Positions 51,615 through 64,000 of a stretch of 64,000 nucleotides of DNA are shown here, piece after piece (position 1 is the first letter of the stretch; each line of letters starts with the position of its first letter). The position numbers and the translations under genes were made by a program. Origin of the DNA: Monocercomonoides exilis PA203 (Eukaryota > Protista > Preaxostyla); contig LSRY02000017.1 in assembly GCA_001643675.2 (NCBI GenBank), positions 1,550,001 through 1,614,000 of the forward strand, in the 5' to 3' direction. The notes beneath the pieces are model-generated. The model saw nothing but the letters and a program-made list of their open reading frames with translations. It was not told the origin of the DNA and did no database searches.

Positions 51615-53233
51615 ATGGGTCCTGAAGCCTCCAAAGATGTTACTTCACCAGTGGAATTTGAAACAAAAATAAATACAATGATAGGACTTGGAAATGTTTG
51701 TTTAAAATATTTTTATCCAAGTATTTTTTGTTTTATTATCCTTTTGATTTAAAAACAGCTTGGAAATACTTGCTATGTAAATTCTATTTTGCAAGCGTTG
51801 TATTATTGTATTCCTTTTCGAAACGGAATGATATCATTTTATCTGAAACAAAAAGGACGGACAGAAGTTGAAGAAACGTTAGCTTACTCACTTGGAGAGC
51901 TCTATCATAGCATGTTAACCTACCCAACTCCACTCGGACAAATCCTTCCAACAAATTTTCTTATTAATCTGAAAAAGGCAAGTCCACTCTTTGAATCACC
52001 AGATCAGCAAGATGCACACGAATTCTTGAACTTTTTATTGAATTCGATTCATGACACTTTAAGCGAACAAATGAAAATTTCAAAATCAAATCAAACTTCA
52101 ACGCTTATTGATCAAGTATTTAAGGGAGAACTTTCAGTTCGCTATAGGTTTGATTCATTCTTTTCTGATTGATAAAGAATATTAATAATCTATTCAGATG
52201 CTTAACATGCGAAACAACATCTCATCAGCATGAAGATTTTCTTCACCTCTCCGTACCAACACAGCAAAACACTTCACTTCATCATAATATTATGCAACTT
52301 GCAAATCCAGAGCGATTAGATAGAGATAATAAATTTTTCTGCTCATACTGTCGTTCTCATCAAGAAGCCTTGAGATTATCTCGTGTAAGTACACATCCTC
52401 AAGTTCTTGTGCTTCAGCTAAGACGATTCAAATATAATCCAGAAAAATTAGTTTTGGAGAAGGATATATCTTATGTAACAATTCCAAAGCGGCTTCGCTT
52501 AGCACAGCTTGGATGTGTAGGTGATCTTTGGGCAGACGATGAAGAGGAAGAAGAGGAAGATGGAAATGATGAAGCACTGGAGACACAAAAAGATGAAATA
52601 GGGGCAGCAAAAAAAGATGGTTCACAGGAATCTTATGAGCAGAAAAAGCAATCAGAAACACAAGAAAGCGCAAAACTCAAATCGGATCAAACTAAAAAGG
52701 AGAAAGAAACCCGAGGCATCCAATTTACTGGAGCAGGAAAAGATGCTCAGAGAGGAAACACATCTGATGGGGGAAATGGGCTTTCTTCAGACTCGACCTC
52801 TGCGACTGAAACATCTCGTGTGCTCATTGGTCACAGCGATCCATTGTATCGTCTGTCGTCGATGATTGTTCATGTTGGGCATTCATTGTCATCAGGGCAT
52901 TACATTTCAATTGTTAACTGCTGCAACAAATGGTTTATCTTCAATGACACGTCAATCACAGTGTGCTTTTTTAAATTGTTTCTCCATTTTTTCAAAGTAT
53001 TTTTCCATTTTTGCATTTTTTTTTCTGAATCATTGAAATTTCGATTCAACCAGCCTTTGGATCCTGCAGATCTCCATTTCTTTTTCGGTACACCTTCTCC
53101 TCTCCCCTTAAAAATGCGTCCACCTGCTTCAATTCCAGAAGATCCTTTAACGCACTTGCAGAGGACTTTTGGACTGAAGGCGTTTTCCAAAGGAACAGCT
53201 TACATTCTATTTTATGAGAAAATCTCGAAATGA
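51615..53233 (+). CDS. Host ubiquitin-specific protease, USP12/USP46-like, multi-exon
   Basis: GLGN|LGNTCYVNSILQALYYCIPFR, QQDAHEFLNFLLN, CLTCE, NKFFCSYCRSHQEA, LVLQLRRF, GHYISIV..WFIFND, AYILFY. Confidence 0.9.
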
Positions 53234-53538
53234 ACACATTTCACATGGCTTCATCGGTAAATTATGTTCTTATTCACTTAGCGTGAATGTTGTATGAGTT
53301 AGTCATCACTTCATTGTAATATTTTGCATCTCTTTCTTTTTTATTCTCTTTTTTAGAGGCATGTTGTTTTTAATTTATTTTTTGAAAAAATAAAATGCAT
53401 TGTAAAGGAGTGAATGGATATATTTAATTGAACTAATATTTTTGGGACTAGTTCAATTTGCGACTGTGATGTGATAAAAATATCAAAGCAATATTTCAAA
53501 ATTCACTGAATATTCAAAAGGTGTTTATACTCACTATG

Positions 53539-55866
53539 CTACAAAAGAAAAGGTCTCGAAGATCCAAAAAAGGATCCAAAGGAAAGCGAATGTTTGAGAG
53601 GCGAATCGTATTGCATTGTTGATTGCTCAGACGCAAAATAGGACGGACACAGCGGAGAAGGAGTAGCAGATGGCTGTGAAGGTGACGGACTTCCAACAAT
53701 ATGCTGCTGAGGAGTAAAAACTTCATCAGGATGAGTCGAAACAAGACGTACAGCCATCGACTGCTCTGCTTCTGAATGGGCGGTTTCAGACGCTTTTTCT
53801 TTGGCAACGAAGTAATGTGCATAAAGTTGCTTTTCTTCTTCAGAAAGAAGAGGGCGGATGCTGCGCAGCTTTGATGCCGAATCAGAGCGATGCATTCTGC
53901 CTCTGTGCATCTCCCTTTCTGTTTCGATGTTCAGTTCTCTTCTCTGAGGAAAGTCATGATGGCGCACATGCTCCAGCTGGTCATCAAACGGAACTTGTCT
54001 CATCAAATCCTCATTCGACCGAAGAGACGAAGCAGATGCAGAATTGCTGTGATTGCACAGAATGAACGAATTCGTTTTCGTTTTATTGTCAAGTTGTTCA
54101 TTCTCTTTCAGAGAAGACTCGCTGGCACTTTTCTCCCCAATATTTGAAAGTGCTTCGTTCAAAATGCTTTCCTTTTTGGAGCACATTTCAACTTCCTTGT
54201 CTTCATTAGCATCGTCTTCTGCGCATCCCTCTCCGTCGTTGTCTTCCATCACAATTCCAGACGAAGCTTCTTCATTGCAAGCTTCTTCCATTTCAATCAT
54301 CACCTGTCGTCGTTTCGCTTCATTTTCTTTTTCCTCTTCAACTTGACTCCGTTTGTACTGCACTTTCATCAAGAAGATCATCAGTGTTGAAGCAACGATT
54401 GTGATGAATGATGTTAAGGTCATCCACGGCAGATCAACAAATGAATAAATCAGCAGCACAAAGAAGTAGCCAATTGATATCCATGCAGTGATAAAACCTC
54501 CACTGATTGATTCAGAAACCGGATAGGTTTCTTCCGCACCAACTTCAAACACAAGAGGCAGCGGAGCTCCAGTCACAATCCCAAACAATGCTACAAAGAA
54601 AGAAAATACCCACAATGGAACAGGTACAATCGGCTTGCGGAATCTGTCCTGAAGAGGTATTGCCACGTTGCTTTGTGTGTTGTTGGAGCTCAACTTTCCA
54701 ATTGGCAGAAACAGCAGAAACAATAAGCAAATGACAACATTTATCCCAAATAATATTAAAAGGAGCAGTTTATCCTTTTTCCTGAAAAGTTTTGTTGACA
54801 GCCAGCTTACTAATAGTGCACCGATCACTGTTAAAAATAAATGCGCAAATGCAAAATATGCTCCGAGCGATTCGGTAGAACCGAGAGCCATATAAAAATA
54901 TGGAATATTCGAACTCCAGGCCTGTGTGGCTCCAGATTGCAAACCACCCAAACAAGCTAACACCATGAATTGTGGATGTATAAAAAGTTTGATAGATTCC
55001 TTTAAGGGTTTCAATGATTGCTTTAGTTTCATCTTTACAATTTCCCTGGTCTTAATTTTTGTAGTTGAAGAAGTAACATTATTTGTTTCTAATGGCTGCA
55101 TTGGCTCCTGCGTCACTGACTCACTTTGCTGAGTAACAGCTTCATCGTCTTCCTTTGCAGATTGTGAAAATGAAGGAGGAGTTGGAGGTGCTTTTGGAAA
55201 ATAAGCAATAATTAGAAACGTACACAAAAATTGAAGACCTAAATGCAGATAGAGTATGTTTGGAAAATCTGAAGCTTTCCGTACAAGTATTGGTCCCAAA
55301 AGAAAACTAAGTGCCACTCCAAGAGGATTAGACTGTGAACCCAATCCAGTAGCAACGGATCTTTCAGAAGCTGGAAACCAGGTAGCGCTAACTTTTGCTG
55401 GTAATGAATACGAAAACGCATTTCCAAGGTTGTTTAACAATGAAGCCACCAGGAAAAATGTTCTTGCAAAAGGCATTAAAGAATTAATCCACGTTGGAAA
55501 CATTCGTAGAAGCGTTGATAAAAATAAGCTGATTGTCGAAATCAATGTTATAAATCGTAGATCATTTGTAAGTGCTTCGATCCAAAACAAAAGGAATACG
55601 AAAACCACAAATGAAAATGCGCCAATAGATAAAAAAAGATTGAGATCTGCAACTGTCAGCCTTGCTCGTATATAATATTGCTGGAAAGAATCGGGTACTG
55701 CACTAAATCCAAGAATTTCGAATGATTGCAGAAAACAATTCAGCGAAAACAATGTCAATATGTACCACCTTACGGGATAGATTTTGACTTTTTGTTCGCT
55801 TTCAGGAATAGCATTCGTTTTTATTGAATGAAAATCAACAGAATTATGCATTTGCTTAAGTTCCAT
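53539..55866 (-). CDS. Major facilitator superfamily transporter, FLVCR/SLC49-like
   Basis: KIYPVRWYIL, PAKVSATWFPASERSVATGLG, EVGAEETYPVSESISGG; about 12 hydrophobic segments. Confidence 0.88.
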   Translation of the reverse strand: MELKQMHNSVDFHSIKTNAIPESEQKVKIYPVRWYILTLFSLNCFLQSFEILGFSAVPDSFQQYYIRARLTVADLNLFLSIGAFSFVVFVFLLFWIEALTNDLRFITLISTISLFLSTLLRMFPTWINSLMPFARTFFLVASLLNNLGNAFSYSLPAKVSATWFPASERSVATGLGSQSNPLGVALSFLLGPILVRKASDFPNILYLHLGLQFLCTFLIIAYFPKAPPTPPSFSQSAKEDDEAVTQQSESVTQEPMQPLETNNVTSSTTKIKTREIVKMKLKQSLKPLKESIKLFIHPQFMVLACLGGLQSGATQAWSSNIPYFYMALGSTESLGAYFAFAHLFLTVIGALLVSWLSTKLFRKKDKLLLLILFGINVVICLLFLLFLPIGKLSSNNTQSNVAIPLQDRFRKPIVPVPLWVFSFFVALFGIVTGAPLPLVFEVGAEETYPVSESISGGFITAWISIGYFFVLLIYSFVDLPWMTLTSFITIVASTLMIFLMKVQYKRSQVEEEKENEAKRRQVMIEMEEACNEEASSGIVMEDNDGEGCAEDDANEDKEVEMCSKKESILNEALSNIGEKSASESSLKENEQLDNKTKTNSFILCNHSNSASASSLRSNEDLMRQVPFDDQLEHVRHHDFPQRRELNIETEREMHRGRMHRSDSASKLRSIRPLLSEEEKQLYAHYFVAKEKASETAHSEAEQSMAVRLVSTHPDEVFTPQQHIVGSPSPSQPSATPSPLCPSYFASEQSTMQYDSPLKHSLSFGSFFGSSRPFLL

Positions 55867-56282
55867 ATGGACACAAAGCAACAAGAATTTTGAAATCACT
55901 AATATGGATTATCGTTGCTAAAAAAGTTGTTTGTAAGTAATGATCTTCACACATACTATAAAATTTCAAACATATGAATGTTTTTAAAAATGTATGTCGA
56001 AATGTTTTAAAGAAAGAAAAGATTCCAAAGTCAAACTCTCTCTCTCAATACATACCAATTTGTAATTCCGATTAAAAACATATTCATAGAAAGAAAAAAA
56101 GATCAAACAAGGTGATGATTTGATTAGAAAAAATAACTTATAATATAAATACTGTAGATTAAGCAAAAACAGTAAATGCATATAGTTGAAATAAAAATTC
56201 AAATAAATGAAATAAAAAAAAAATTGTTTGTGATTGAGCATTCTTGGATCTACTTAATGTATGATGCTAGAAATTAAGACGA

Positions 56283-57171
56283 TTAATCCAACGTGTAAAT
56301 TGTAATTTTAGATTTGTCTGTCCAAATTAAAGCAAAATATTCTACTAAATCCACAAATGCAACTCCTATTTCCAGTACGTATCTCCCCTGGCATAGCTGC
56401 TTTGTGTCTCTCTTCTGCGATGCATCAGCAGGAGGTGCAAAAGGCACACCCTTAACAGTCCCCGAGCCAGCCGAGAAGCCAACGTGTCTTCCTTCATCGG
56501 GCGAGCCAAAGGAGGAGTCCAGAGTCGACGGGAAGCGGTGGGCGTAATTTCTGTTTGAGTGCTGTGTGGACTCGAAGAGCCACTCCTTCGCATTCACTGG
56601 CTCGTTCCTGGCAGACAGGCGGGTGATGATGCTGCGGGCGACTTGGTTGAGCGGATCGGTTGCCAAATTGCCGTCCTCTTTCTCCAATTTCACAGCGCTT
56701 AGCGGATACACTTTGAAGTACGGGTTGTACAACAGCATGGCAGGCGTTGTGAAGAGGAACTGGATGAGGATGTTTGTGTCTTCCTCTGCTTCGAAGATGG
56801 CAAAGCGTCTGAATATCTGCTGCTTGTTCGTCTTCGCCTTCTCCACCTTCCCTGCCACTCCAAACCAGCTCAGCTGATAGCGCGCTGACACCCACGGTGC
56901 AGGAATCGACTCAATAGACGCTGAATAGCCAGGCGGTGGGACGACGGTGAAGGTGAAGGGAGAGTTGTGCTCGATGCTGGAGAGCGGAGAAGGTGCAACA
57001 ACTCGAAGAAAACGCTGTTTGGGAGAAGAAGTCTCTTTTTGGAACATAAATGTCATCTGTGCAGCGGAACGATGGTACAAAAAGAACTGAGTGGACGGGG
57101 CATATCGACGCTCAATCATCACAAATGGTGAAACAGAACAAGAGCAAGAAGAAGAAGAAGATGATGATGAA

Positions 57172-57206
<35 letters not shown>

Positions 57207-60200
57207 CTGAGAAGTTGAATTTGATTTAGAGATTGCATCTTCAATCACCTTCTCAACAGAAAGTGGCTGAGACTCAAGTTCCTCCACATCCACATAAAAT
57301 TCTGTTGCTGTTGGGCTGTCAATCACAACAGACACGTCGCCTGGTTTTGTTGGGGTGGATGCTGTTTCGAAGGGGTTTGGCAGCATCTTCGGAGGAGCAG
57401 CGAATGAAGCAGCAGAAGGAGACATAGGCGGTGTGGCTGAAGGAGAGGGTGTGTATGAAGGAGAGACAGACGAACGATGTTTGCTGGTTGGACGGGAAAG
57501 TCTGTTGCGAGAGGAACAAGAAGCAGAAGAAGCAGGCGAGGCAGCAGGAGACATCGCTCTTCTGTCGCCGTGCTGAAGGTGCTGCATGCTCATGTCAGAA
57601 CCAGGTGATAGAGGACGGGTGTTGCGAGAGGGAGACAAAAGACGGCGCTTTTGCGAGTTGGGAGAAATGACATGTTGCGAACGAGGAGGAGAAAGAAGGC
57701 GAGGAAGAGAGAAAGACGAAGAAGATGAAGAAGAAGAAGTCAGACGCTTGCCAGCAGAAGGCGAGACGACATCGCGTTGGAGTGGAGCCAGCAGCCTTTG
57801 CGATGGTGGAGAGGCGATGCGGACACGTTTTGGGGGAGAAAGAAGGCGAGGGACTTGAGAAGAGCCAGCCAGATGAGCCTGTGGGTGGTGGATGAGAGAG
57901 GCAGAGGAAGAGGACGACTGGAGAGTAGGCGAAAGAGAGGGGAGGGTGGTGGCAGCGACGATGGTGTAGCCAGGGCGGAAGAGAGAAGAGGTAGAAATGG
58001 ATGTGTCGGGTGCAGGAAGAGACGAGAACTGCGGGAAAGGCTTCATCGGCGTGAGTGTCACGAAGAACTGCGGGGCAAACAGCACCTGCGAAATGCGGAT
58101 GAAAGGCAGGATGGGCGACTGGTCAGTCAGCGAGCGGGTGAATGTGCCGTCGCCTGCGCCTGTCAGAAGCACGGGGAAATACGACGAGATGAGCTCTGCA
58201 CGCTCTTTGTTCTCTGCTTCACAGGCAGCAGATGTGGAAGAGATTGAAGAAGAGGATGCGAACGAAGATGATGAAGGTGAAGGGGTGGAGGAAGGGGAAG
58301 TGGAAGAGGAGGATGACAGAAACATGGTGGAATCTGACTGGACAACTTCAGAATTTGTCGATTGGAAAGAAGAAGAAAGCAGAGATTGTGGGTCATTTGA
58401 GACCGGCAGTGCAACAGAAGAGCGTGTGATAACGTCGACGCCTTCCTTCTGGGAGAGTGGGTAGATTAGAGGATAAGGGTGTGTCTCAGCTTTGATGGTG
58501 CACTGGTTGGTCTGCGTGATTGGGATGCGCGAGACAGCGATGTGTCTGTTGGAGTATGCAGTGATGGTGAAGCGGAGGTCTCTCTTCCGCTTCGGCGCAT
58601 TCATCATTGAGACGACCATCGTGTAGTATCCTTCGAAGTCGTCTTCAATCTTCTCCAGCGAGTACATCCATACGCGATACATCGTCGGGTCCACCCGGCT
58701 GTCCACACACGCCACGCGGCACACCACCGGCGGCCGGGCAATCGGACGCGGCTTCTTCTGCATGTTCCCTTCGGCATCTGCTTCGGTGACGGTGTGCACG
58801 TGGAAGCGCAGCCCTATCGCCGGGTCTGGTGGCTCCAGCAGCTCGTCCTCGTCAAGGTCTTCCCAGTGCCGCTCGAGCAGAAACCAGTAGCGCTGGCTCT
58901 TCTCCTTCCGCACGAGATACTGCGGAGAATAGAACGTCCGCTGCATCTCGTCGTCGTGCTGGTGCTGCGCCTCAAACACGCAGTGGAACGTCTGCTGCGT
59001 CGGAAAGAGCAGCGGAGACCAGGAAAGATTGAGGGAGCTGAAGTGCCGGCAGAGGCTCTCCCAGTCGATGTAGAAGATGCCGTTGTCTGTGCCTGCTGCT
59101 GTGTCTGGGTCGTAACGCAGCGCCTTCCGCAGCTCAGGAGTCCACGACGCGGAATCGCCTGGGCTAAGCTTCCCGCGCCAGCCGCGCTGCATTGACGGTG
59201 CCCGCATCTTCAGGATCTTCTGCCCTTCGACCTCCTTCACGTCCAGAATGGCATAGCCTGTGTCTGCCAGTAGCCCTGTGCTTTCGGTGATCGCGTCAGG
59301 CAGCTCCTGGTCGGTGCAGGCAGTCGCCAGAAGCGTGGCTGTGGCATACCCTTCATACAGCTCTTCCCAATGGTCTTCCATCTCGTCGTCTTTGCCTTCA
59401 GACGCACTGCTTGAACTGCTGCTGCCATCCCCGTCTTCCTCGCTCAAAGGCTCCACTCTCCACATCTCAGGAATCCATCCAGCCAGAAAATGGATGGTCT
59501 CAGCGGACAGCACATCCCACGTGGAATAAGAGTCGCCACGTACCTTCAAAAACGCCTTTTCCAGCAGCGACGCCCACAGCTCCTTCCGCCCATTTGTATA
59601 GCAGCACAAAAGAGAGTTGTTATTATCTGGCAAAGAGGAAGATGATGATGATGCCTTTTGGTTTGACGGAGTGCAAGGCAGTCTGTCGTCAATCTCCACC
59701 ATGCGCCACGCACCGTTGAAGTACATCTTCACTGCATAGCGCCCAGAAGGATTGATGACACACCCTTCGTCTTCTGTCTGAGGGAATATGTTGGATGTGA
59801 GAAAGGCTATCTTCAGTCGCTCCTCTGCATATCCCAAAAGCAGAAGCGAAGAAACCACAGACGGGTCATCCACACAGCACTGCTTCAGGTGACGCCAGCT
59901 TTTCTTTCCAAATACCGAAAGATCCTGATTGTCGCAATGGAATATACTCTTCGGTCTCATCAGCTGACAGTGTTTCTTAGCTTGTTTTTCGTTTAAGAGC
60001 ACATTTGTTGTATCTTCATAGAAACGGGCTCCTTCATCATCCCTTATAACCTCATGTGCAGCTGGATTCCAAATTGGATAGACAACTCCATGCAATTTAG
60101 AGGAATCCTCAAGTACTTTGCGCTCTTCTTCTCCAAAATCACCAAATTTCGGTAATGCAGGGTATTTTGAGGGAATAATAGGCTTTACTGTGAGTGCAGG

Positions 60201-60725
60201 CCCTCTAACAATTACATACCTATGTGTGGCCTGTTCGGATTTCTCTTCTTGTAACGGTTCAAGGAATTCCTGGCTTGATCCTCTTCGTGGAGAAAATAAT
60301 TCAGGCTGTGCTGGTGGCGGAGAGAATAATCTTGATGGTTCTCTGCTGCCTCTCTTCTTCTTTCTGAAAATTGGTATTGGAGGTTTTAAAAGTGGAATTT
60401 CATATCCCTTCATTTCTGACTTTGATGATTTCTTTGCAACAGATATTATTCGTGGCCTTGCTTTTGGTCTGCTAATAACAGAAGTCGCCTTCTGATCTTC
60501 TGTTTTTGGGAATAAAGTCAATTTCATAAAGCTAGCTTGACGCTTTTGAAGCCATTCTGGTTTTGCAGTTGAGCTAGATTCGGCTTTGTGGATTAAAGTT
60601 TCTTGTTTTCCCGTTCCACTTGAATTTTCAGATGATGTTTGTGATTGCATTCTTGAACTAAGTGTTGATGATTGTCTTTTTATAGGTGGAAGTGGATTTT
60701 TTGATGTTCCTGAAGGTTGGACCAT
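56283..60725 (-). CDS. Calpain-7/PalB-like protein (peptidase C2 fold), catalytic triad lost
   Basis: INPSGRYAVKMYFNGAWRMVEIDDRLP, ELWASLLEKAFLK, LAGWIPE, DNGIFYIDWESLCRHF. The triad positions read DP, TGYAI and APS. Confidence 0.88.
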
Positions 60726-61122
60726 TTAAATAATATTCTTTAATTAAAAAAGGAAGTTTTCATAAAAAATTTTTTGTCAGAATTTTAAAAATATTCAATG
60801 AAAATAATGAATTTATTGAACGAGCATAAAATGAATATTGGCTTTAAAATTAAAAAAAGCAAAAACAATAAACCTATTTGAACAAAAAAGTAATGGGTTT
60901 GAATGTGGATTATTTCAAAACAATACTTAACATCGATGCTTAAGGCTATGAACAGCAAATGAATAATAAAAGCGAGAAAAGTATATTATAATTTTTCTGA
61001 ATTTTGTCAATTTTTATTATTTGATATTTTTGTCTCACGGTCCGGAGCTTACACCAAATAAAATTTAAAATATATATATAAGAAATAATAAGTCGTGAAA
61101 TATATGTCTTTTTCACACTCAG

Positions 61123-63650
61123 AATTGTCACTTTCTGGAGATTCGTTTTCTTCAGATAGCCAAAAAGTTGAAGCATTACTGCAACAACTTGCAGTTGAAA
61201 GGGCAGATAAAGAAGCCACAATTGTATTAAACTAATTATTTTAATTATTATAGTGAACTAAAAAGTAATTATTGGCAATCAATACTTCTTTTAGGAAAAA
61301 CTGAATGAATCTTTGTCTCTTTATCAAAATCTTCAAAAAGATTATGAAGAACTCATTCCAAAATTAAAACATAGTCAAACTTTACAAGCATCTCAGGTAT
61401 TTTAATGGATTGCTTTTTATGCTCAAGAAATAATACACTTTCAAATGAACCATTTAAGATTTCTAATCTACAAGTGATGCATGATCAGATGTTTGCATTT
61501 ATAATCTGAATATTTGTTTATAATTTCTTTTTTTGTTCTTGATAGAACAGAAGCACGGCAAGAAAAAATGCAAATTGAGCAAATTATGCAATTGAAGCAA
61601 CAGCAGTACGAACAACTTCAAAAGGAGTTCGAACTACAGCAAATGGAATATACACGATTGAATGAGGAATGTTTGAAAATTCACTTTCTTATTTATATCA
61701 CATTTTAACACATTTGAAATTAATAATATATTTGAAATATTTTAGTTCAAAAAACTCAATTTAAAATAAAACAAATGAATTCCACTTTAAATCAAAAAGA
61801 AAAAGAGTGCAAATCCTTAAAACTTTCATTGGATCAAATGCATCAAACAGTTTGCAAAACATGATTTTTTTATTTTAATCATTCTCCAATAATAAGGTTG
61901 AAACTCAAGCTCAGCAACTTAATGAGCAGGCTCAGATTGTAACACTTCATATTCAAGAAAACCAGTTTGTATTATATTTCTCGGAGATATTTTTCGTTTA
62001 ACTTTCGGGAAAAAATATCAAATTCTTGAAGGGCGTTGAAAAAGTCATTAAGCGAACAAGCTGAGGAAATGCAGAAATGTTCAGATATTTTGAATGTTTG
62101 GTTAATTTTTATTATTTTTATGTTTCATTCAATTTTATGACATATCTCAGCAATTTACACAACTTTCTTTTGAAAGAGAACGTTTGTGTGCTTTTGTGAT
62201 TTCAATCACGAGTTGTTTTTTCTGATGTTTTTTTAGAGCTTCTTGCTGTCAACCAACATCTTCAACAAGAAAATCAACAACTTGCATTGGAAAAAAATGC
62301 ATTAGAGGTTCAATGCATCCAGTCAACGCAAGCAATTACTCAGACAGCACAAAATGCTTTTGATTCAGCAAATTTAAAACATTCTGAGCAAATGGCAGAA
62401 ATGGAAAGAAAAGTCTGCAAATAATTGATTTTGTGCTGAATATTTCAATTGACTTGTATGTAATACAATTTTGTAACATTTCTTTATCCCATTAGCTTCA
62501 CGATTCAGAATTAGAATTAAATAGCAAGGCTGGGACAATACGAGAACTACAGAAAGAAATAGAACTGATGGTTAAAACGAATATGCAAATGAAAAGAATC
62601 ACTGAAGATGCTCAAAAAGAGTTTGTAAAAAGAAAGAAAGAAAGCAATTTTCATTTTCCAATTTTATAATATGTCTGATGTATTTCAATTTAACATTATT
62701 TCAGAAAAGACCAAAGACAAGCTGAAGACATTCGTTTGATGCAGCAAAAACTCGATGACAGTGAAGCCGAAAGACGAAAACTTCACCGAACGATTGAGCA
62801 GCTGGAAAGAGAATGCAGAGAAGAAAAACAAAGAATTGGAGAGATAATGAAAGCAATGGACGGGATAGTAACAAAAGGTTGGACATTCAAAGCATTATTT
62901 TGAAATAAATAGTTTTGCAATGCAAATTGATGATAAATGTGTGATTTGATTATTTTGATGTTCAATTTTAAAATTAGAAGAGTCAACATCATTAATGCAT
63001 CAAACTGCAAATGATTTGATATCTTCAGCCATGAATGAAGAAAAAGTGCGCAAGGCAAAAGATAAAAATGATCTCTTGAAGGAAAAAATTAAACAGTTTG
63101 TATTTTACTATTTTGATTTTGTTTGATTGAATTTTTCTGCATTGTAACGCAAAGTCTCAAAACAATTCGCGAAAAAGAAAAGCAAAAAATGGTTGGATTT
63201 CAAATTTTGCTTTGTGTCTATAAATTGATATTTGAAAAAATTACAATTGATTTTCGTTTGACTCTGTAGGAAAAAGCACAGAATGATATGAAGGAAAGAT
63301 GCAAAGAAGAGATTGACAGATTAAATGCTAAGCATCAATCAGAAATCAATTTGTTCAAGCAAGAAATGCAAAAAGAGGTCTTGTTATGTTATTATTTTTT
63401 CATGCGAATCTTTTAATATTAATTTAAAATGAATTATCGAAACAATTTTTCAGATTAATAAATACATAAGAAAAATTAGGAAAATAGAACTTCAATTGGC
63501 CGAAGATCGAAGAGAAACAGAAAAACGCATGTTTCAACAGTATGACGTTTTCGAATACATTGGTGAACATTCATTGACATAATGATTTTATTTATAGAAA
63601 GTTGACTCTTCAAAAATTAAAGGATTAAATCAAAAGGATGATATACATTA
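61123..63650 (+). CDS. Hypothetical coiled-coil protein with many short exons; start unresolved
   Basis: A series of Q/E/K-rich open exons bounded by AG/GT sites (e.g. TEARQEKMQIEQIMQLKQQQYEQLQKEFELQQMEY). Confidence 0.6.
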
Positions 63651-64000
63651 AAGGCGTATTTATGAATATTTTTTTTATTGTTTGATAATGTGTGTAATTT
63701 TTGTATTGTTATAATTAATTGCAATTGCACTGCTTGGTTTTTGTTTTGAAGTTATTTACAAAACACATTTTGAAAAAATTTATGCAAATGGAAGACGATT
63801 TATTCAAGTTATTGGTAAAAGTGGAATCAATCGACACCTCTTTTGATCACACCCATCATATTAATATTTCTCCTTTTTTTTTTCTCACATTAGCTTCCGA
63901 AATAAGTTTTTTTTTTTGGTTATATGATTTATTGTTTTCGCATCTTTTTTGCTAGGGTTAAGAAAAGGAAAAAAAGTTAGGGTTTTCCTTGAAAATCCAT

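Overview
AT-rich, gene-dense eukaryotic DNA with many short GT..AG introns (often GTTTG donors), the standard genetic code and poly-Ser/poly-Glu-rich proteins. By inference it is a metamonad, most like the oxymonad Monocercomonoides. Most of the window is housekeeping genes: BZW/5MP, nucleoplasmin-type FKBP, TyrRS, ATG4, PAK/STE20, a Tvp15-like protein, an ERLEC1/OS-9-like lectin, UTP23, DRC1, UFM1, CK1, USP12/46, an FLVCR-like MFS transporter and a catalytically dead calpain-7-like protein. The main anomaly is an ~18 kb island (4.4-22.4 kb) between the divergent FKBP and TyrRS genes. It holds a ~700 bp near-perfect palindrome and a ~16 kb DNA transposon (5957-21991) with ~99 bp TIRs starting GT(C/A)AG and a 4-bp TSD (TATG/TATT). 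The element encodes a 3-exon Sola-like DDD transposase (~1556 aa) with an apparently intact USP/C19 deubiquitinase domain inserted in frame, a second paralogous USP gene, and a captured beta-helix gene fragment. Both TIRs are interrupted by small inserts with 4-bp duplications and related GTC/GAC ends. Other points of interest: a GC-rich structured intergenic island with a TGCGT motif array (~33980-34340) and a spliced gene resembling bacterial DUF2892/YgaP membrane proteins. All family calls come from motif recognition by eye; no searches were run.
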